Below, piece by piece: positions 12,533 through 25,628 of a stretch of 64,000 nucleotides of DNA. Position numbers and translations under genes: made by a program. The number at the start of each line of letters is the position of its first letter. Within the stretch, counting starts at the first letter, position 1. The DNA comes from an uncultured Gemmatimonadaceae bacterium. Lineage in GTDB: Bacteria > Gemmatimonadota > Gemmatimonadetes > Gemmatimonadales > Gemmatimonadaceae. The DNA lies in NCBI GenBank assembly GCA_963829055.1, contig CAWHHI010000004.1:512001-576000 (forward strand). The letters run 5' to 3'. Below the pieces are notes generated by a model that was given only the letters and a program-made list of their open reading frames with translations, was not told the origin of the DNA and made no database searches.

Positions 12533-14159
12533 GGCTGGCCAGCGGCGAGCCGGACGCAGTCCGACGTTGGCGCATCGCCGCATGGCTCTTGTGCGTCGTG
12601 GGCGCGGCGGCACGCATTGCCGCGTACGCGCAGAACCGATCGCTCTGGTACGACGAAGCCGCGCTCGCGCTCAACATCGCGCGGCGCGGCTTCGTTGATC
12701 TGGTAGCACCCCTCGATTTTCTGCAAACCGCGCCGCCCCTGTTTCTCTGGGCAGAGCGGGCCATGGTGCTCCTGTTCGGTGTCAACGAGTGGGCGCTTCG
12801 CGTCGTGCCACTCGTCTGCGGCATCCTGACGGCGCCGATGATGTGGCGCGTGGCGCGCCGCCTTCTGTCCGCACCGGTGGCAGTGCTTGCCGTCGCTCTG
12901 GTCGCGCTCTCACCGACGCTCGTGCGACTACGCAGCCGAGGTCAAACCATACGCGAGCGACGCGCTCGTCACGCTGCTGATTCTCGACCAGACCATCGCG
13001 GCGGCTCAGGGCCGGTCGGGTGTCGCTGAGTGGCGCAGACTCGCGCTGGTCGGGCTCGCGGCGATCGTCTCGTCCACGCCATCGGTGTTCGTGCTCGCCG
13101 GCGTCATTGCGTTCATGGTCTCGAGCGCATTGCTGGCGAAGGACCCGGTCTGGGGTCGGCGCGCCATTGCGCTTGCGGTGTTGTGGGGCGGGACGTTCGG
13201 TGTGCTCCTCGCCACCGTGTTCCGACCGCTGCTGGGCGAGGACACGCCGATCGGGAAGTACATGCACTGGTACTGGGCGGCCAACTTTCTCACGCCGGAT
13301 CCACCAGGACTCGCGGCGAAGTTTTCCGCGCTGCTCTGGGCGGCGTTGACCAACACGTTCCTGGGCGACGCGGCGTTTCGAGGCGCGACGACCGTGCTGG
13401 TCGGCGCCGTTCTCGTCGGAGTCGTCGTGCTCCTCGCCGTGCGGAAGACGCCACAGGCCTTGTTGCTGACGGTACCGATCGTATCACTGGCGGTGGCATC
13501 GACGGTGCGGCGCTATCCGATCGCCGAGCGGCTCATTCTGTTCGCCGCCCCGCTGTCTGCGCTGATCATCGCGGCATCACAACTCGCGTTTTCGCACCGC
13601 CGCGTGGTGCGCGTTCGCGGTTGGCTCACTGGAACGCTCACCGCTGTCGTCGTCGTGCTCGCGGCGTGGGGAGCTGTCATGCGGCTCGAGTCTGACGTCG
13701 GGCGACAGGAGAGCCGCGCCCTCGCACGTGAGGCGGACCGGACTCACGCGACCGGTGTTCCCGTCTGGATCTCTGGTGGTGGGGAAGCCGCCTGGAGATT
13801 CTACACGAATCGGGTGAGCTCACCCGAGTTGACGTCGAAGTTCGGCGGACGCGCGCTCGCGGCGGACATGCTCCTCGGGGAGTGGTACAATGCCGGGCCC
13901 GAACGAATTCTTACCGTCCGCGACGACACGGTCTCAGCCGCGAGGCCGTCGACGTGGAGTCGGACCGAAGCGATCCGTGTCCGCAGCCTGTCGCGACCTT
14001 GCGCGCTGCTCTTTCTCACGCAGACGCAGCCGGACGAAGCAGTGTCGCTGCTGAGCAGCGTCAGGCAGATCGGTGGACGAGTGCGCGGAATCACGCCGCG
14101 CTCCCGGCGCGGAAGTCTATCACGTGTGCTTTGCGCAAGCAGATTCGTAGACTGCCTAA
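12529..14159 (+). CDS. GT-C fold (GT39/ArnT-like) membrane glycosyltransferase (frameshifted)
   Basis: RSLWYDEAALA, QTAPPLFLW, NEWALR, YAAEVKPYASD; many TM helices; 3' end approximate. Confidence 0.75.
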
Positions 14160-14210
14160 CGACTCTCGGTGAGCTTCCGCACCGCGCGCTGCCGCAGTCC
14201 CTCATCCGGA

Positions 14211-15608
14211 TCATCCGTCAGCGATTGCGCGCAGCTTGTCCCGTGCCGTTCGATCACCACGCTCGGCGAGCACACTCACGAGCCGTTCGCGCACGCCTCG
14301 ATCCGGGATCGCGTCGTACAGCGCTACCAGCTCCGGGGTTGGTGCACCCGCTTCGGCGAGCGAGCGAACTGCGCGATCGCGAAGCGACGAGCTCTCTGTC
14401 GAGTCGCGAGCGATTCCGGCGAGCCACCTCATCGCGTCGGTTCCACCCGCCTCGGCGACCGAGCGCAGAACACGCTCACGCAACGCGTCGTCGTTCAGCG
14501 AGCCATACGCGGATCGCAGGTAGGTGATGTCGCCCTGCTCGGCCAGCGACCTGATCGCGCGCTCCCGAACGTCGACGGGCTCAGTGCTCTTGCCGACGAG
14601 GTCGCGGAGCCACCGCCGGCTCTCCGCATCACCGATATCCGCCATCGCTCGGATCACGCGCTCCTTGAGCGACGGTTCCTCGAGCTTGTCATACAACTCG
14701 CGCAGCGCGCGACTGTTGCTGTCCTCGCCGAGCTCGCGTACGGCCCGCTCGCGAATGGACGTTCGCTCGGCCCGGTCGAGCGCGATGCCGCGAATCCAGT
14801 CCATGTCGTCCTTCGTTCCGCTCTCCGCCACCACGCGCACGATGCGCTCGCGTAGCGCCGGTTCGTCGAGACGCCGGTAGAGTGTTCTCAGATAGGCCGG
14901 ACCGTCGGGCTCTTCGCCGATGACCCGTACGGCACGCTCGCGGACATCGGCCTGATCGTCGCGGTCCTCTACGATCGTGCGAGCCACGCGCGCCGCGGCG
15001 CGGTCGCCCTCGCGTACGCCGACACGCCCTGCCCACTTGAGCGCGCCCTCTCGCACCGACGAGCGGAGCGCCTTGTTCTGGGCCATAGCCGCCAGGGTGC
15101 CCGCGATCCGGACGCTGTCAGCGAGGCTCGCCGCGAGAATGGCATTGCTGGCCGAGTGGTCGTCGCCGCGCCCCGCGAGGTCGAGCAGGTAGCGGGACAC
15201 GTCCGCAACCGGTACTGTGCCCAGCTCGGTTCCGGCCCGTTCCGTCGCGGAGCTCGGCGGGCCGACGAACGGCTGTACGTCCACCACGCGGTGATCGCGC
15301 ACGACGAGCAACAGACGAACAGGTCCACGTGCGCAACGCGAGGCGATGTCCGTGTTCGCTCCCGACACCGACATACCGCCCGCGAACCACACATCGTAGC
15401 CGGGCCCGCCCGACGTGCCGTCGGCAATGAACGTTCGCCCATCACCGCATATCCCGTCGCGCGACGCGTAGCTCATCTTCACCAGCCCGTCCGGGGCGCT
15501 CGTAATGCGACGGCCGAGGTCTCCACCCTGATGCCGGCGGGACACCGGAGGTGCGAGGAACACCGCGGCGAGGGTCGCGGCAGGGATGACCAAGCCAGTG
15601 CGAATCAT
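14211..15608 (-). CDS. Secreted HEAT-repeat protein
   Basis: Signal-like N-terminus; repeated (V/L)RERA(V/I)RxL and LRERxxRxxAE units. Confidence 0.75.
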   Translation of the reverse strand: MIRTGLVIPAATLAAVFLAPPVSRRHQGGDLGRRITSAPDGLVKMSYASRDGICGDGRTFIADGTSGGPGYDVWFAGGMSVSGANTDIASRCARGPVRLLLVVRDHRVVDVQPFVGPPSSATERAGTELGTVPVADVSRYLLDLAGRGDDHSASNAILAASLADSVRIAGTLAAMAQNKALRSSVREGALKWAGRVGVREGDRAAARVARTIVEDRDDQADVRERAVRVIGEEPDGPAYLRTLYRRLDEPALRERIVRVVAESGTKDDMDWIRGIALDRAERTSIRERAVRELGEDSNSRALRELYDKLEEPSLKERVIRAMADIGDAESRRWLRDLVGKSTEPVDVRERAIRSLAEQGDITYLRSAYGSLNDDALRERVLRSVAEAGGTDAMRWLAGIARDSTESSSLRDRAVRSLAEAGAPTPELVALYDAIPDRGVRERLVSVLAERGDRTARDKLRAIADG

Positions 15609-15805
15609 GATGACCTCGGAAGAAACGAACGGGATGCGCGAGACCTGGGTGACGCTCACGGGGACGTACGGCGTGGCTCCCGACTCCCGTGCGACAACGC
15701 GAGCCGTGGAACCGTTGGCAACGACGTGACGGAGCACACCGCGGCGCAGTCAATCAGCACTTCCTGGCAACGCCGGGAGCCGTCCCCGTTCGCGACCCTG
15801 CCGGC

Positions 15806-17975
15806 ATGAGTGAACTTCCAGCTCTGATCCAAGCCCTTCGCTCGGCGGTCACTTCGTCGATCGCCCAGGTGGCCCAGCCGGATACCGCGGCGACCCCTTG
15901 GGCCGTTCACATCGCGTCCGTCGCGGTGATCGTAGCGGTCGTCACCTATCTGTGGACCGTTCGGCTGCGGCGGGTGGTCCGTGAGCGGACGGCCGAGCTC
16001 GAGTCGAAGCACGAAGAGATGGAGCGTGAATCGGCAGACCGACGACACGCGCTCGAGGCGCTTCAGGTCGCGGACAAGCGGCTGCACATGGCCATGGAGG
16101 CTGCGGAGCTCCGGACATGGCACTGGGATGTGGCGTTGGACCGATTCGAGGTGATGGGCGAACGGACATCCGAGCTCGGTCCTCCACTCCCCGACCCGGG
16201 CGTCGGTCTCGAGCGATTTCTGAAGTCGCTCCACCCAGAGGATGTTGGCGCGGTGCGCGCGGCGATCCGCCGGACGATGGAGACCGGCGACCTGCTCGGC
16301 ACTGACTTTCGCGTGCTCTTGCCTGACGGGACGATCCGCTGGAAGGTCGGCCGAGGATGCGTGGTACGCGACGCGAAGAACGGAATCACGTCGCTCGTCG
16401 GGGTCGTGCTCGATGTGACCGATCGGGTCCGTCGTGACGAAGAGCTCCGCCTCAGCGAGGAGCGTTACCGCGAGCTGTTCGAGAACGCGAACGACATCAT
16501 CTACACGCACGACCTTGCCGGCACCTTCACGGGGATCAACAAGGCGGCCGAGCGCGTGCTCGGTTACTCCCAGGATGACGTGCCGCGCATCACCGTACAG
16601 GACGTCGTCGTTCCCGAGCAACTCGAGCTCGCGCAAGGCATGGTCGCCAGGAAGGTTGCTGGCGACGTGTCGCGGACCGAGTACGAGCTGGATGTGCTCG
16701 CGAGGAGCGGCCGGCGTGTGACGCTCGAGGTCAACACGCGCCTCGTGAAGCGCGACGGGGTGATCGTCGCCGTTCAGGGCATCGCGCGCGATGTCACCGA
16801 GCGAAAGCGACTCGAGTGGCAGCTCGGGCAGTCGCAGAAAATGGAGGCGGTCGGCCAGCTCGCCGGCGGGATCGCGCACGACTTCAACAACCTGCTCACC
16901 GCGATCCTCGGCAACGCGCAGCTCGCGCAGTTCGACAAGGCGCTCAGTCGAGATCTTCAGGAGTGTCTGTCGGAGATCGCCAGCGCATCGCAGCGCGCAG
17001 CCGCGCTGACGCGGCAGCTGCTGGTGTTCAGCCGACAGGAGCAGATCGATCGTCGTCCGGTGAGCTTGCCGGCCACGCTCGGCGACTTCATGAAGATGCT
17101 GCGTCGCATCATCGGCGAACACATCGACGTTAGGCTCACGGTCGCGCCTGACGTGCCCGCGGTACTCGCGGATCCGGCGCAGATCGAGCAGGTGGCGCTC
17201 AACCTCGCCGTCAACGCGCGGGACGCGATGCCGGCCGGCGGGCGACTCGATGATCGAGATCGATCAGGTCGTCCTGGCCGAGCCGCACGGACCGGCGGCG
17301 TCGGCGGTGCCAGCCGGTCGATACGCCCGCGTGCGATTCACGGACACCGGCCGCGGCATCCAGTCCGATGTGCGGCAACGGATCTTCGAGCCGTTCTTCA
17401 CCACGAAGCCGGTGGGCGAGGGGACGGGCCTCGGACTGGCGGTGGTGTACGGAATCGTTAGGCAGCACGATGGCTTCATCGAGGTCGCCAGTGCGCCGGG
17501 CGAAGGCACGCGATTCACCGTGTATCTTCCGGCCGTGAACGCGGCGATCCCGGCGGCGCCCGATGTCCAGCACGTGGGAGTCTCGGGAGGACGCGAAACG
17601 ATCCTGATCGCCGAGGACGAGCTCGCGCTGCGACGCCTCACGGAGCGTCTACTCACGGGGCTTGGCTACACGGTGCTCTCGGCCGAGAATGGCGAGGAAG
17701 CCATCGAGTTGTTCGCGAGTCGGCGCGACGAGATCGACCTGCTGCTCCTCGACATTGTCATGCCGAGGAAGGGTGGCCGCGCCGTGTATGAGGCCGTGCG
17801 CGCCGCCGGGAGCGATGTGCCGGTCGTGTTCATGACCGGCTACAGCGCGGAGGTGGCGCCGCACGCGCTCGGCTCGGAGACCGGGTGCAGGGTGTTCTAC
17901 AAACCGTACGATCTCGACGCGCTCGCGGCAGTGATTCGCGAGGTGATCGAAGGTGCTGGGGCCAGCCGCGTCTAG
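15806..17975 (+). CDS. Hybrid PAS-PAS histidine kinase / receiver protein (one frameshift ~17250)
   Basis: [35 protein letters not shown]; receiver [21 protein letters not shown]. Confidence 0.92.
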
Positions 17976-19097
17976 AAGAAGTTCCCGACCCAGCCGCCCA
18001 CGAAGTACCCGACCACGGCGACGCCGAGGCCGACGACGAACATGTCGAGCCCGGAACGGAACAGCCCTCGTCCGGTGAACACCGAGCGCGCGCCGCCGAC
18101 CATGAAGTGCGATGCCATCGACAGCACGAAGGACAACACGATCGCCGGCGTCCCCGAAAGCAGGAAGAACGGAAACACGGGGATCACCGCGCCAAACGCT
18201 GTCGCGAGCCCCGTGACCCACGCTTCCCGCAGCGGCGACATGTGTGGATCCGAGATGCCCAGCTCCTCCTGTACCTGCTCGTCCAACATGCGCTGCGGGT
18301 CCGCCATCACCTGAGTGGCGAGCGCCATCGCCGACTCCGCTTCCATGCCCTTCGACTTCGTAGATCAGCGCGAGCTCATCGCGCTCCACCTCGGGCATGA
18401 GCGCGATCTCGTCTCTCTCCATGGCGATCTCGTGCGCATACACCTCCTGCTCACTCTTCGCGGCGAGGTATCCGCTCGAGCCCATGGATAGCGCGTCGGC
18501 AATGAGCCCAGCGACTCCCGCGACGACGACCGCCTGGTGCTGCGACGCTACCGTCGCGCCGATGACACCGGCCACCAGCCCGAAGTTCGCTGTCAGGCCG
18601 TCGTTGAATCCGTACACGACGTTCCGCAGAAATCCGCCGGACGACGTGCGGTGCCACGGCTCCGCGCTCTTCCCGCTGATTCCCGCGAGCTCGCTCGCGT
18701 GCTCGGCCGACTCGCGCGCGAGCAGCAGAGCCTCGCCCCCGCCGGGCGCGCCACTCGGCGTCTGCCGATGCAGGTCGAGGTAGCCCTTCACCTCGCGCCC
18801 TTCTTCGCGCAACAGATGCGGGAGGAGAAAGCCCGGGCCGAAGCGACGTCCGAGCCACGCCAGGAGGCGCGCACGCGCGGTCGGGCGGAACGGCGGTGGA
18901 GCGTGGCCGAGGTCCTTCAGGAGCCCCGCCCAGATCTCGACGTGGCGATCCTCGACCGCGGCGAGGCGCGTGTAGACATCCCGCTTCTTCAAATCCGGCT
19001 CGACGCCCGCCAGCGCGCGGTACAGAAATGCGGCGTCGGCCTCGTCCTGCCAGTGATGCTCGAACGTGTGAACGTCCGGCGTCGTAGCTGTCGTCAT
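17972..19097 (-). CDS. VIT1/CCC1 family transporter with N-terminal rubrerythrin/ferritin-like domain (frameshift ~18355)
   Basis: DEADAAFLYRALA..EDRH; FLRNVVYGFNDGLTANFGLV; ALSMGSSGYLAAKSE. Confidence 0.85.
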
Positions 19098-19248
19098 GGC
19101 TGAAAATATGACCGGCTCCCGGCACGTCGGGGAGCCGCGTACCGCCGCGTTCATGCGGCCCCGAGCGCGGAAATAAAATCCGGCGGAAACCGTCGGCCTG
19201 CCGCCGCGTGTCAGACCGCATAGAAGGCACACTACTTCACGAGGTTCT

Positions 19249-20866
19249 ATGCGACGGTCACTCTACTTCGCCGGTGCGCTTGCGCTGTCAGCCGGCGTGC
19301 TCCAGGGACAGGCGTCCGCCGGATCGCGCTCGCGCAGCGACGACGGCTCGGTTCGCGTGTACTCGTACGACAACGGTCGTTATGACGACCGCGACCGCGC
19401 CGCCATCGGCATCTCGACGAGCTCCGGCGGCATGCGCGACACACTCGGCTTGCTCGTACAGAGCGTCACGGCCGGCGGGCCGGCGGACAAGGCAGGCATC
19501 GAGGAAGGCAACCGCATCGTCTCCATCAAGGGCGTGAGCCTCAAGCTCTCGCGCCGCCGATGCGGGCGAGGGCGACATGGATGGCATTGCGCAACGACGC
19601 CTCATCCGCGAGCTCGAGAAGATCAAGGCCGGTGATGAAGTCGAGCTGCGCGTCTGGGCCGGCGGGCAGACGAAGACCGTCAAGGTCAAGACGGTCGCCG
19701 TCGAGGATCTGCCGAGCCGCACGCGCTCGGTGCGCCGCGAGCTCGATGAGCGCCCAGCGATCGGCATGAGTCTGAGCGCGACGGGCAGTCGCCGCGACAC
19801 GCTCGGCATGCTCGTCGTCCGTGTCACAACGGACGGCCCGGCGGAAAAAGCCGGCATCGTCGAAGGCGATCGCGTGTCCGCGATCAACGGCGTGAGTCTA
19901 CGCGTCGCGTCGGAAGACGCCGGCGATGGCTACATGAGCAGCGCGCGGATGAATCGCTATCGTCGGGAGCTCGGCAAGGTCACGCTCGGCGAAGATGTGG
20001 AGTTGCGCGTGCTATCCGGCGGTCAGACGAAGACGATCCGGGTGAAGCCGGTGCGCGCCGCCGATCTGCCGCGCGATCGCGGTGGCGTCATGATCATCGG
20101 TGACGGCGGCGTCGGCTTCGGCGACGTGTTGCCCGGGCTTCCGTCGATCTCGATTCCTTCGGTCGCACCGCTGCCAGGGGGCCGCAATCGCATCATCGAG
20201 ATGGACGGCAACCTGTACGATGGGATCCGGATGCGTGTCGATCCGCGTGCTCGCATCGAGATCGAGAACCAGGCGGAAAACGCGGCGCAGCATGCGCGTG
20301 ATATGACGCGCGAGCTGATGCAGCGGCTGGAGCGCCTCAATGTGGATGTGGATCGCCGCGCGTATGACGACGACGCCGCGCCGACAACTGCGCCGGCGCC
20401 GAAGCCTGCACCGGCACGCGCAGGATCTCGTATCGCGTCCGCCGAGGGGCAGGGTGGCGGTTACGGCTACGGGTACGCGACTCCGAGCGTCGCAGCCGCG
20501 CCTGAAGCGCGTGTCGTCGGATCGTCCGGCGACGCCGTGTGGGCGGTTCCGGCTGTGAACACCGGCAGCAGCGTTGCTGTGTGGGATGGTGAGGATCCGA
20601 CGTTCTCGCTGAACGGCCTTCGTCTCGCGCGTGTGAACAACGATCTCGCGGAGAACCTTGGCCAAGGGAGCGAGCGTGGGTTCCTCATTCTCGATGCGAA
20701 CGAGCGGTGGACCGGCCTTCGCGCCGGTGACGTGCTCCTGTCGGTCGATGGGCACGCCGTGCGCGATGGGAATGCCGCGCGCATCTCGATCAATAGTGCT
20801 GATGAACACACCGCTCAGGTGATTCGCGACGGACAGAAGCGCACCGTCTCGATCGACGTGCAGTAG
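19249..20866 (+). CDS. Secreted multi-PDZ-domain protein (frameshift ~19550)
   Basis: Signal peptide; two copies of DTLGxLVxxVTxxGPAxKAGIxEG(N/D)R; C-terminal GLRAGDVLLSVDG. Confidence 0.8.
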
Positions 20867-20899
20867 AACAACGGCGTCAGTCACGTTGCGCATGAAACG

Positions 20900-20933
20900 A
20901 GCGGGGCGAGCCAGTCGGCTCGCCCCGCTTTGT
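20900..20933 (+). terminator. Intrinsic terminator after PDZ gene
   Basis: AGCGGGGCGAGCC-AGTC-GGCTCGCCCCGCT followed by TTGT. Confidence 0.7.
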
Positions 20934-21074
20934 ATCGCGTGGCGTGGGTCGCCTCGACTCCGTACGCGCTACGTCACCGTACGTATGGGGTCTCGCTCCA
21001 TCGAGTCGCACCTTACTGCCGTGATCGCACACCACCACCGGCGTGCGGCCTGGGATCTTCTCGGCGAGGACTCG

Positions 21075-22149
21075 ATGCGGTATAGCGCCAGTGGCACGTT
21101 CATCACGTTGCTCGTTGCATTGATGGCGACGCGCGTTTCCGTCCTGGCAGCACAGGCGACGTCGATCCGTGTTCTGCCGGTCATCGGGTCGGCGCCGGAA
21201 ACCGGGTTCGTCGGCGGCGCGACCGCGCTCCGTGTCTCGAGCTCCGCGACCGATACGAGCACGCGCCCTTCGACGGATCAGTTCTATGCCGCGTATACCG
21301 CGAAGCAGCAGTTCCGCGCCTTCGTGTCCACTGACCGTTGGTCCGCCGGAAATCGCTGGGGCATGAACTCACAGCTCGAGTATCAGCGCTTTCCGCAGCC
21401 GTTCTACGGCATCGGCATCGACGCGCCGGAGAGCGCGGAGGAGTGGTACGAGGCGCGCTCGGTCATCGCGAACGTCATGGGACGACGCAAGCTGGCGCGC
21501 GCGCTGTACGCGCAGCTCGGGTATCGGTTCTCGACCACCACGCATTCGCGATGCGGACGAAGGAGGCATGATCGATAGCGGCGAACTGCTCGGCGCCAGC
21601 GGCGGAGTCGTGTCGCAACTGGTCGGCGGCGGAGCCTGGGATTCTCGCGACAACATCTTCGCACCGACCAAGGGTTCGTTTGCGCAGGCCACGGTCGCAT
21701 ACAGCGATCCGGCGCTCGGTGCCGACTACCGCTTCGCGCGCTACACCGCTGACGCGCGTCGCTACCGCCGCATCGGCCGCGGTGTGCTCGCGGGGCAGGC
21801 GTACCTCGAGGCAACGTCGGGAGACGCGCCGTTCGATCAGCTGTCGCTCCTGGGTAGCGGGATGATCATGCGCGGCTACGTGCGCGGTCGATACCGCGAT
21901 CAGGATCTGGCGGCCGCTCAACTGGAGTTTCGCATGCCGGTCGTGGGGCGATTCGGGGCCGCGGCGTTTGCCGGCGCGGGAACGGTCGCGCCGAACCTAT
22001 CCTCGCTCACGTCGACCACCGTGTTGCCATCGTACGGCGCCGGCGTGCGGTGGCTGCTTCTGCCGAAGCAAGGCACGACGGTTCGTGTGGACTACGGCAT
22101 GGGGAAGAACGCCTCGGGCCTCTACATCGCGTTCAACGAGGCATTCTGA
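21075..22149 (+). CDS. BamA/TamA (Omp85) family outer-membrane beta-barrel (frameshift ~21545)
   Basis: PETGFVGG, WDSRDNIFAPTKG, MRGYVRGRYRD, GAGVRW, RVDYG, terminal NEAF. Confidence 0.8.
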
Positions 22150-22155
22150 TCGTTG

Positions 22156-22279
22156 TCGTCCCGAGCGCCAGCGAGGGATCTTCTCGCCGAAGTACTCGTA
22201 GCCAGTCATCGGCCACGATCACCTTCGAGAAGATCCCTCGCTGCCGCTCGGGATGACAATGCTGGCGCTCGGGATGACA
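22156..22279. repeat. Palindromic REP/MITE-like element, copy 2 (variant)
   Basis: GTCGTCCCGAGCG..GCGAGGGATCTTC / GAAGATCCCTCGC..CGCTCGGGATGACA, with a duplicated right end. Confidence 0.8.
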
Positions 22280-22364
22280 GACCATCGTTAGGCACGCCGC
22301 AGGTCTTTCGCCGCACGGCGAATAACGCGACTTTCTCAGCTCCTCGACCGCTGAGATCTCCTGC

Positions 22365-23409
22365 ATGCTCGGGTTTCGTCGCGCCGCATTCGTCGTTGCC
22401 AGCGTGGTGTTGGTCCACACCGCGCACGGCCAGGGAAGCGAGCGCCTCTTCTACTACGTCGATCGCGAGGACAGCTACCGGTCACTCGTTGCGCACATCG
22501 ATCAGATCACCGTGCTCGGCCCGCAGGTCTACACGGTCGACAGCCTCGGACTCGTGTACGGATCGCTCGATCGCCGAGTGATCGAGCTGGCCAAGGCGCG
22601 CGGGGTGAAGGTCATGCCGCTCGTCGTGAACGAGGGGTTCAATCAGCCGGCGCTCCGTCGGCTTCTCGCCGACACCGCCGCCCGCTCACGATCGATCGCC
22701 TCGCTCGTCGAGCTGTGCCGACGAAACGGCTACTGGGGCATCCAGTTCGACGTCGAGAACGTCAACATCCAGGACCGCGACCGCTTCACGGCGTGGTTCA
22801 CGGACGCCGCTCGGGCGCTGCACGCGGGTGGCTTCACGGTCAGCGCCGCGATCGTGCACCAGACCGACGACCTGGCCGGCCCTACCGGCTATCATCGCTT
22901 TCTCGCCGACAGCTGGCGCACCTTCGATATCGCGGCGTTAGGCAGGGCGGCGGACTTCCTAGTCGGTGATGAGCTACGACCAGCACACGCGCCGCACGCC
23001 TCCCGGGCCAGTGGCCGGGATCCCGTGGATGCGCTCGATCGCCGATTACTTCCTGCGCTACGTCCCGGCGGACAAGCTGTCGCTCGGCATTCCGCTCTAC
23101 GGCGACTACTGGTCCGCGCGCTCGGACCCGACGCCGGAGCGCGCGCGCACCAGCGCGAATTCCGTGAGTTGGTTCTGGGGTTCCGGTCTCGCCGAGCGCA
23201 ACGGCGCGACGATCAAGTGGGACGACGTCCAGCAGGTGCCGTACGCATCGATCGAAGTCGGCGGCACGTTCGAGTGGCTCTTTCTCGAGAACGCGCGCAG
23301 CTTCGGCGCGAAGGTCGCGCTCATGAAGGAGAAGAAGCTGCGCGGCTTTTCGGCCTGGGTGCTCGGGCCCGAAGATCCCGCGATATGGGGAGTACTCGGA
23401 AAACGATGA
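22365..23409 (+). CDS. Glycoside hydrolase family 18 (secreted; frameshift ~22965)
   Basis: GYWGIQFDVE, MSYDQH, KLSLGIPLYG, LRGFSAWVLGPED. Confidence 0.85.
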
Positions 23410-23446
23410 CCGCGCGGCTGGTGGCTGATGGCCGATAGCTGCGAAG

Positions 23447-25464
23447 CTAGAATTCGATTTGCGTTCCCAGCTCGACGACCCGATTCGGCGGAATGTCCGA
23501 AGAACTCCGTCGCGCCGCGCGCGTTCTGCGACATGAGCACGAACAGCTTCTTCCGCCAGCGCGCCATGCTGGCGATCTCCGGGTCCTTCGAGCGGCGCGG
23601 CAGGTTCGGGATGCAGACGCTCGCGGCCCGAGGTAGTACGACACGTCCGTCTTCTTCACGTTGATGCCGTGCCGGCCGGCAGCACTGCAGGATCGACGGC
23701 ACGTTCGGCGTCTCCATGAAGCCGTACGACGCCTGCACGCGGAAGAATCCTTGGCCGAGCGGTTCGATCTGGATCCGCTCATGCCGGCGACACCTCGGGC
23801 ACCTCAGCGGTGACTGATCGACAGCAGCATCACCTGGTCGTGCAGCACCTTGTTGTGCTTCAGGTGGTGCAGCAGAACGACCGGCGCGCCGTCCGGCCTC
23901 CGAGGTCATGAAGACCGCCGTGCCCTTCACGCGCACCGGCTTCCGCCGTTCGACGTCGGCGAGGAACATGTCGATCGGCACCGTACCGCGCTGCAGGATC
24001 GCGCGCAGGATCGCTCGGCCACGCTTCCACGTCGTCATGAGCGTGAAGACCGAACACCGCGACCGCGAGCGGTACCCATCCACCCGTGCGGGATCTTGAG
24101 CCAGGTTCGCGAGGAAGAACGCGAGGTCGATCGACAGGAAGAACACGAGGAACGAGCCCGCCTTGAGCTGCGACCAGCCCCACTGGTGCGCGGACGACCA
24201 TGTAGAACAGGATGCTCGTGATCGCCATCGTGCCGCTCACCGCGACGCCGTACGCCGCGCCGAACGCCGTCGCCGACCTGAAGCCGAGGACGAGCAGCAG
24301 CGTGCCGACCGCGAGCGCCTTGTTCACCTCCGGGATGTAGATCTGCCCGGCTTCCTGCTTCGACGTGTGGATGATCCGCATGCGCGGACTGTAGCCGAGC
24401 TGGATCGCCTGCTGCGTGAGCGAGAACGCGCCCGAGATGAGCGCCTGCGACGCGACGACCGCCGCCGACGTCGCGATGACGAGCAGCGGATACACGAACC
24501 AGCTCGGCGCGAGCAGATAGAACGGGTTCGCGATCGCGCTCGGCGTGCGCAGCAGCAGCGCGCCCTGCCCGAAGTAGTTGAGCAGGAGCGCCGGGAGCAC
24601 GAACCAGTACCACACGATGCGGATCGGCTTCGGTCCGAAGTGGCCCATGTCGGCGTAGAGCGCCTCGCCGCCGGTGACGACGAGGACCACGGCGCCGAGC
24701 GCGACGAACGACAGCCGCGGGTGGGCGAGGAAGAACTCGCACCGCGTGCCACGGGTTGAGCGCGAGTGAGAATGTCTGGATTCGCACGCATGATGCCGCG
24801 CACGCCGAGCGCGGCGATGCGTCGCGAACCAGACGAGCATGATCCAGCCGAACAGGCCACCGACGCGCGCCGTGCCGTGACGCTGAAACGCGAAGAGCAG
24901 GGCGACGATGATGAACGCGATCGGAATGACGAAGCGGGTCGAGCGCCGGTGACGCGACCTCGAGACCTTCGACGGCGCCGAGCACGGAGATGGCCGGCGT
25001 GATCACGCCGTCGCCGTAGAGGAATGCGCCGCCGAAAAGTCCGAGCGCGATCAGCAGCCCTCGGCGGCGCGCTTCTCCCGTCGCGGTGCTGCCGCTGAAG
25101 AATGAGCGCGAGCAGCGCGAGCACTCCGCCTTCGCCGCGGTTGTCGGCGCGGAGGATGAACGCGACGTACTTCACGCTCACGATCAGGACGAGCACCCAC
25201 GACGATCAGCGAGAGCAGGCCGTAGACGTTCTCGACGTTCGGCGCCAACCCGTACGCGCGGCTTGAACGCCTCCTTGATCGCATAGAGCGGGCTCGTACC
25301 GATGTCGCCGTAGACGACGCCGAGCGCCGTCAGGGAGAGAACGAGGAGTCGCTTGCCCTGCGGGTTGGCTTCGGCGTGCTGTCGTTGCGGCCCTTCGGCG
25401 CCCTCGGGGACTGCGCCGATGGTTGGCGGTCGCCCGCTGGAAGCGGGGCCGGAGTGGCGGTCAT
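23447..25464 (-). CDS. kup: KUP/HAK/KT potassium transporter (frameshifted)
   Basis: [77 protein letters not shown]. Confidence 0.95.
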
Positions 25465-25539
25465 ACAGTAAGGACAGGCACGGACTCGGCCCGTGAGAAT
25501 CAGGGACGCAGTATCGTCGACGTCCGACGCTACTGCAAC

Positions 25540-25573
25540 GAAAACGGGTCGCGGAGCGAACTCCGCGACCCGT
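25540..25573 (-). terminator. Intrinsic terminator downstream of padR
   Basis: Perfect 13-bp stem ACGGGTCGCGGAG/CTCCGCGACCCGT; loop reads UUCG on the minus strand and is followed by a short U run. Confidence 0.75.
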
Positions 25574-25628
25574 CGGAAATCTAGCCGTCGTGAGACGCGC
25601 GTAAAGCGACGTAGGCCGTCAGGACGTC

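Noticed and set aside
15656..17122. Long antisense ORFs (e.g. 488 aa here; also 49189-50403 and 59514-60962)
   Set aside because: They are shadow frames of well-supported genes in GC-rich DNA and contain no recognisable motifs.
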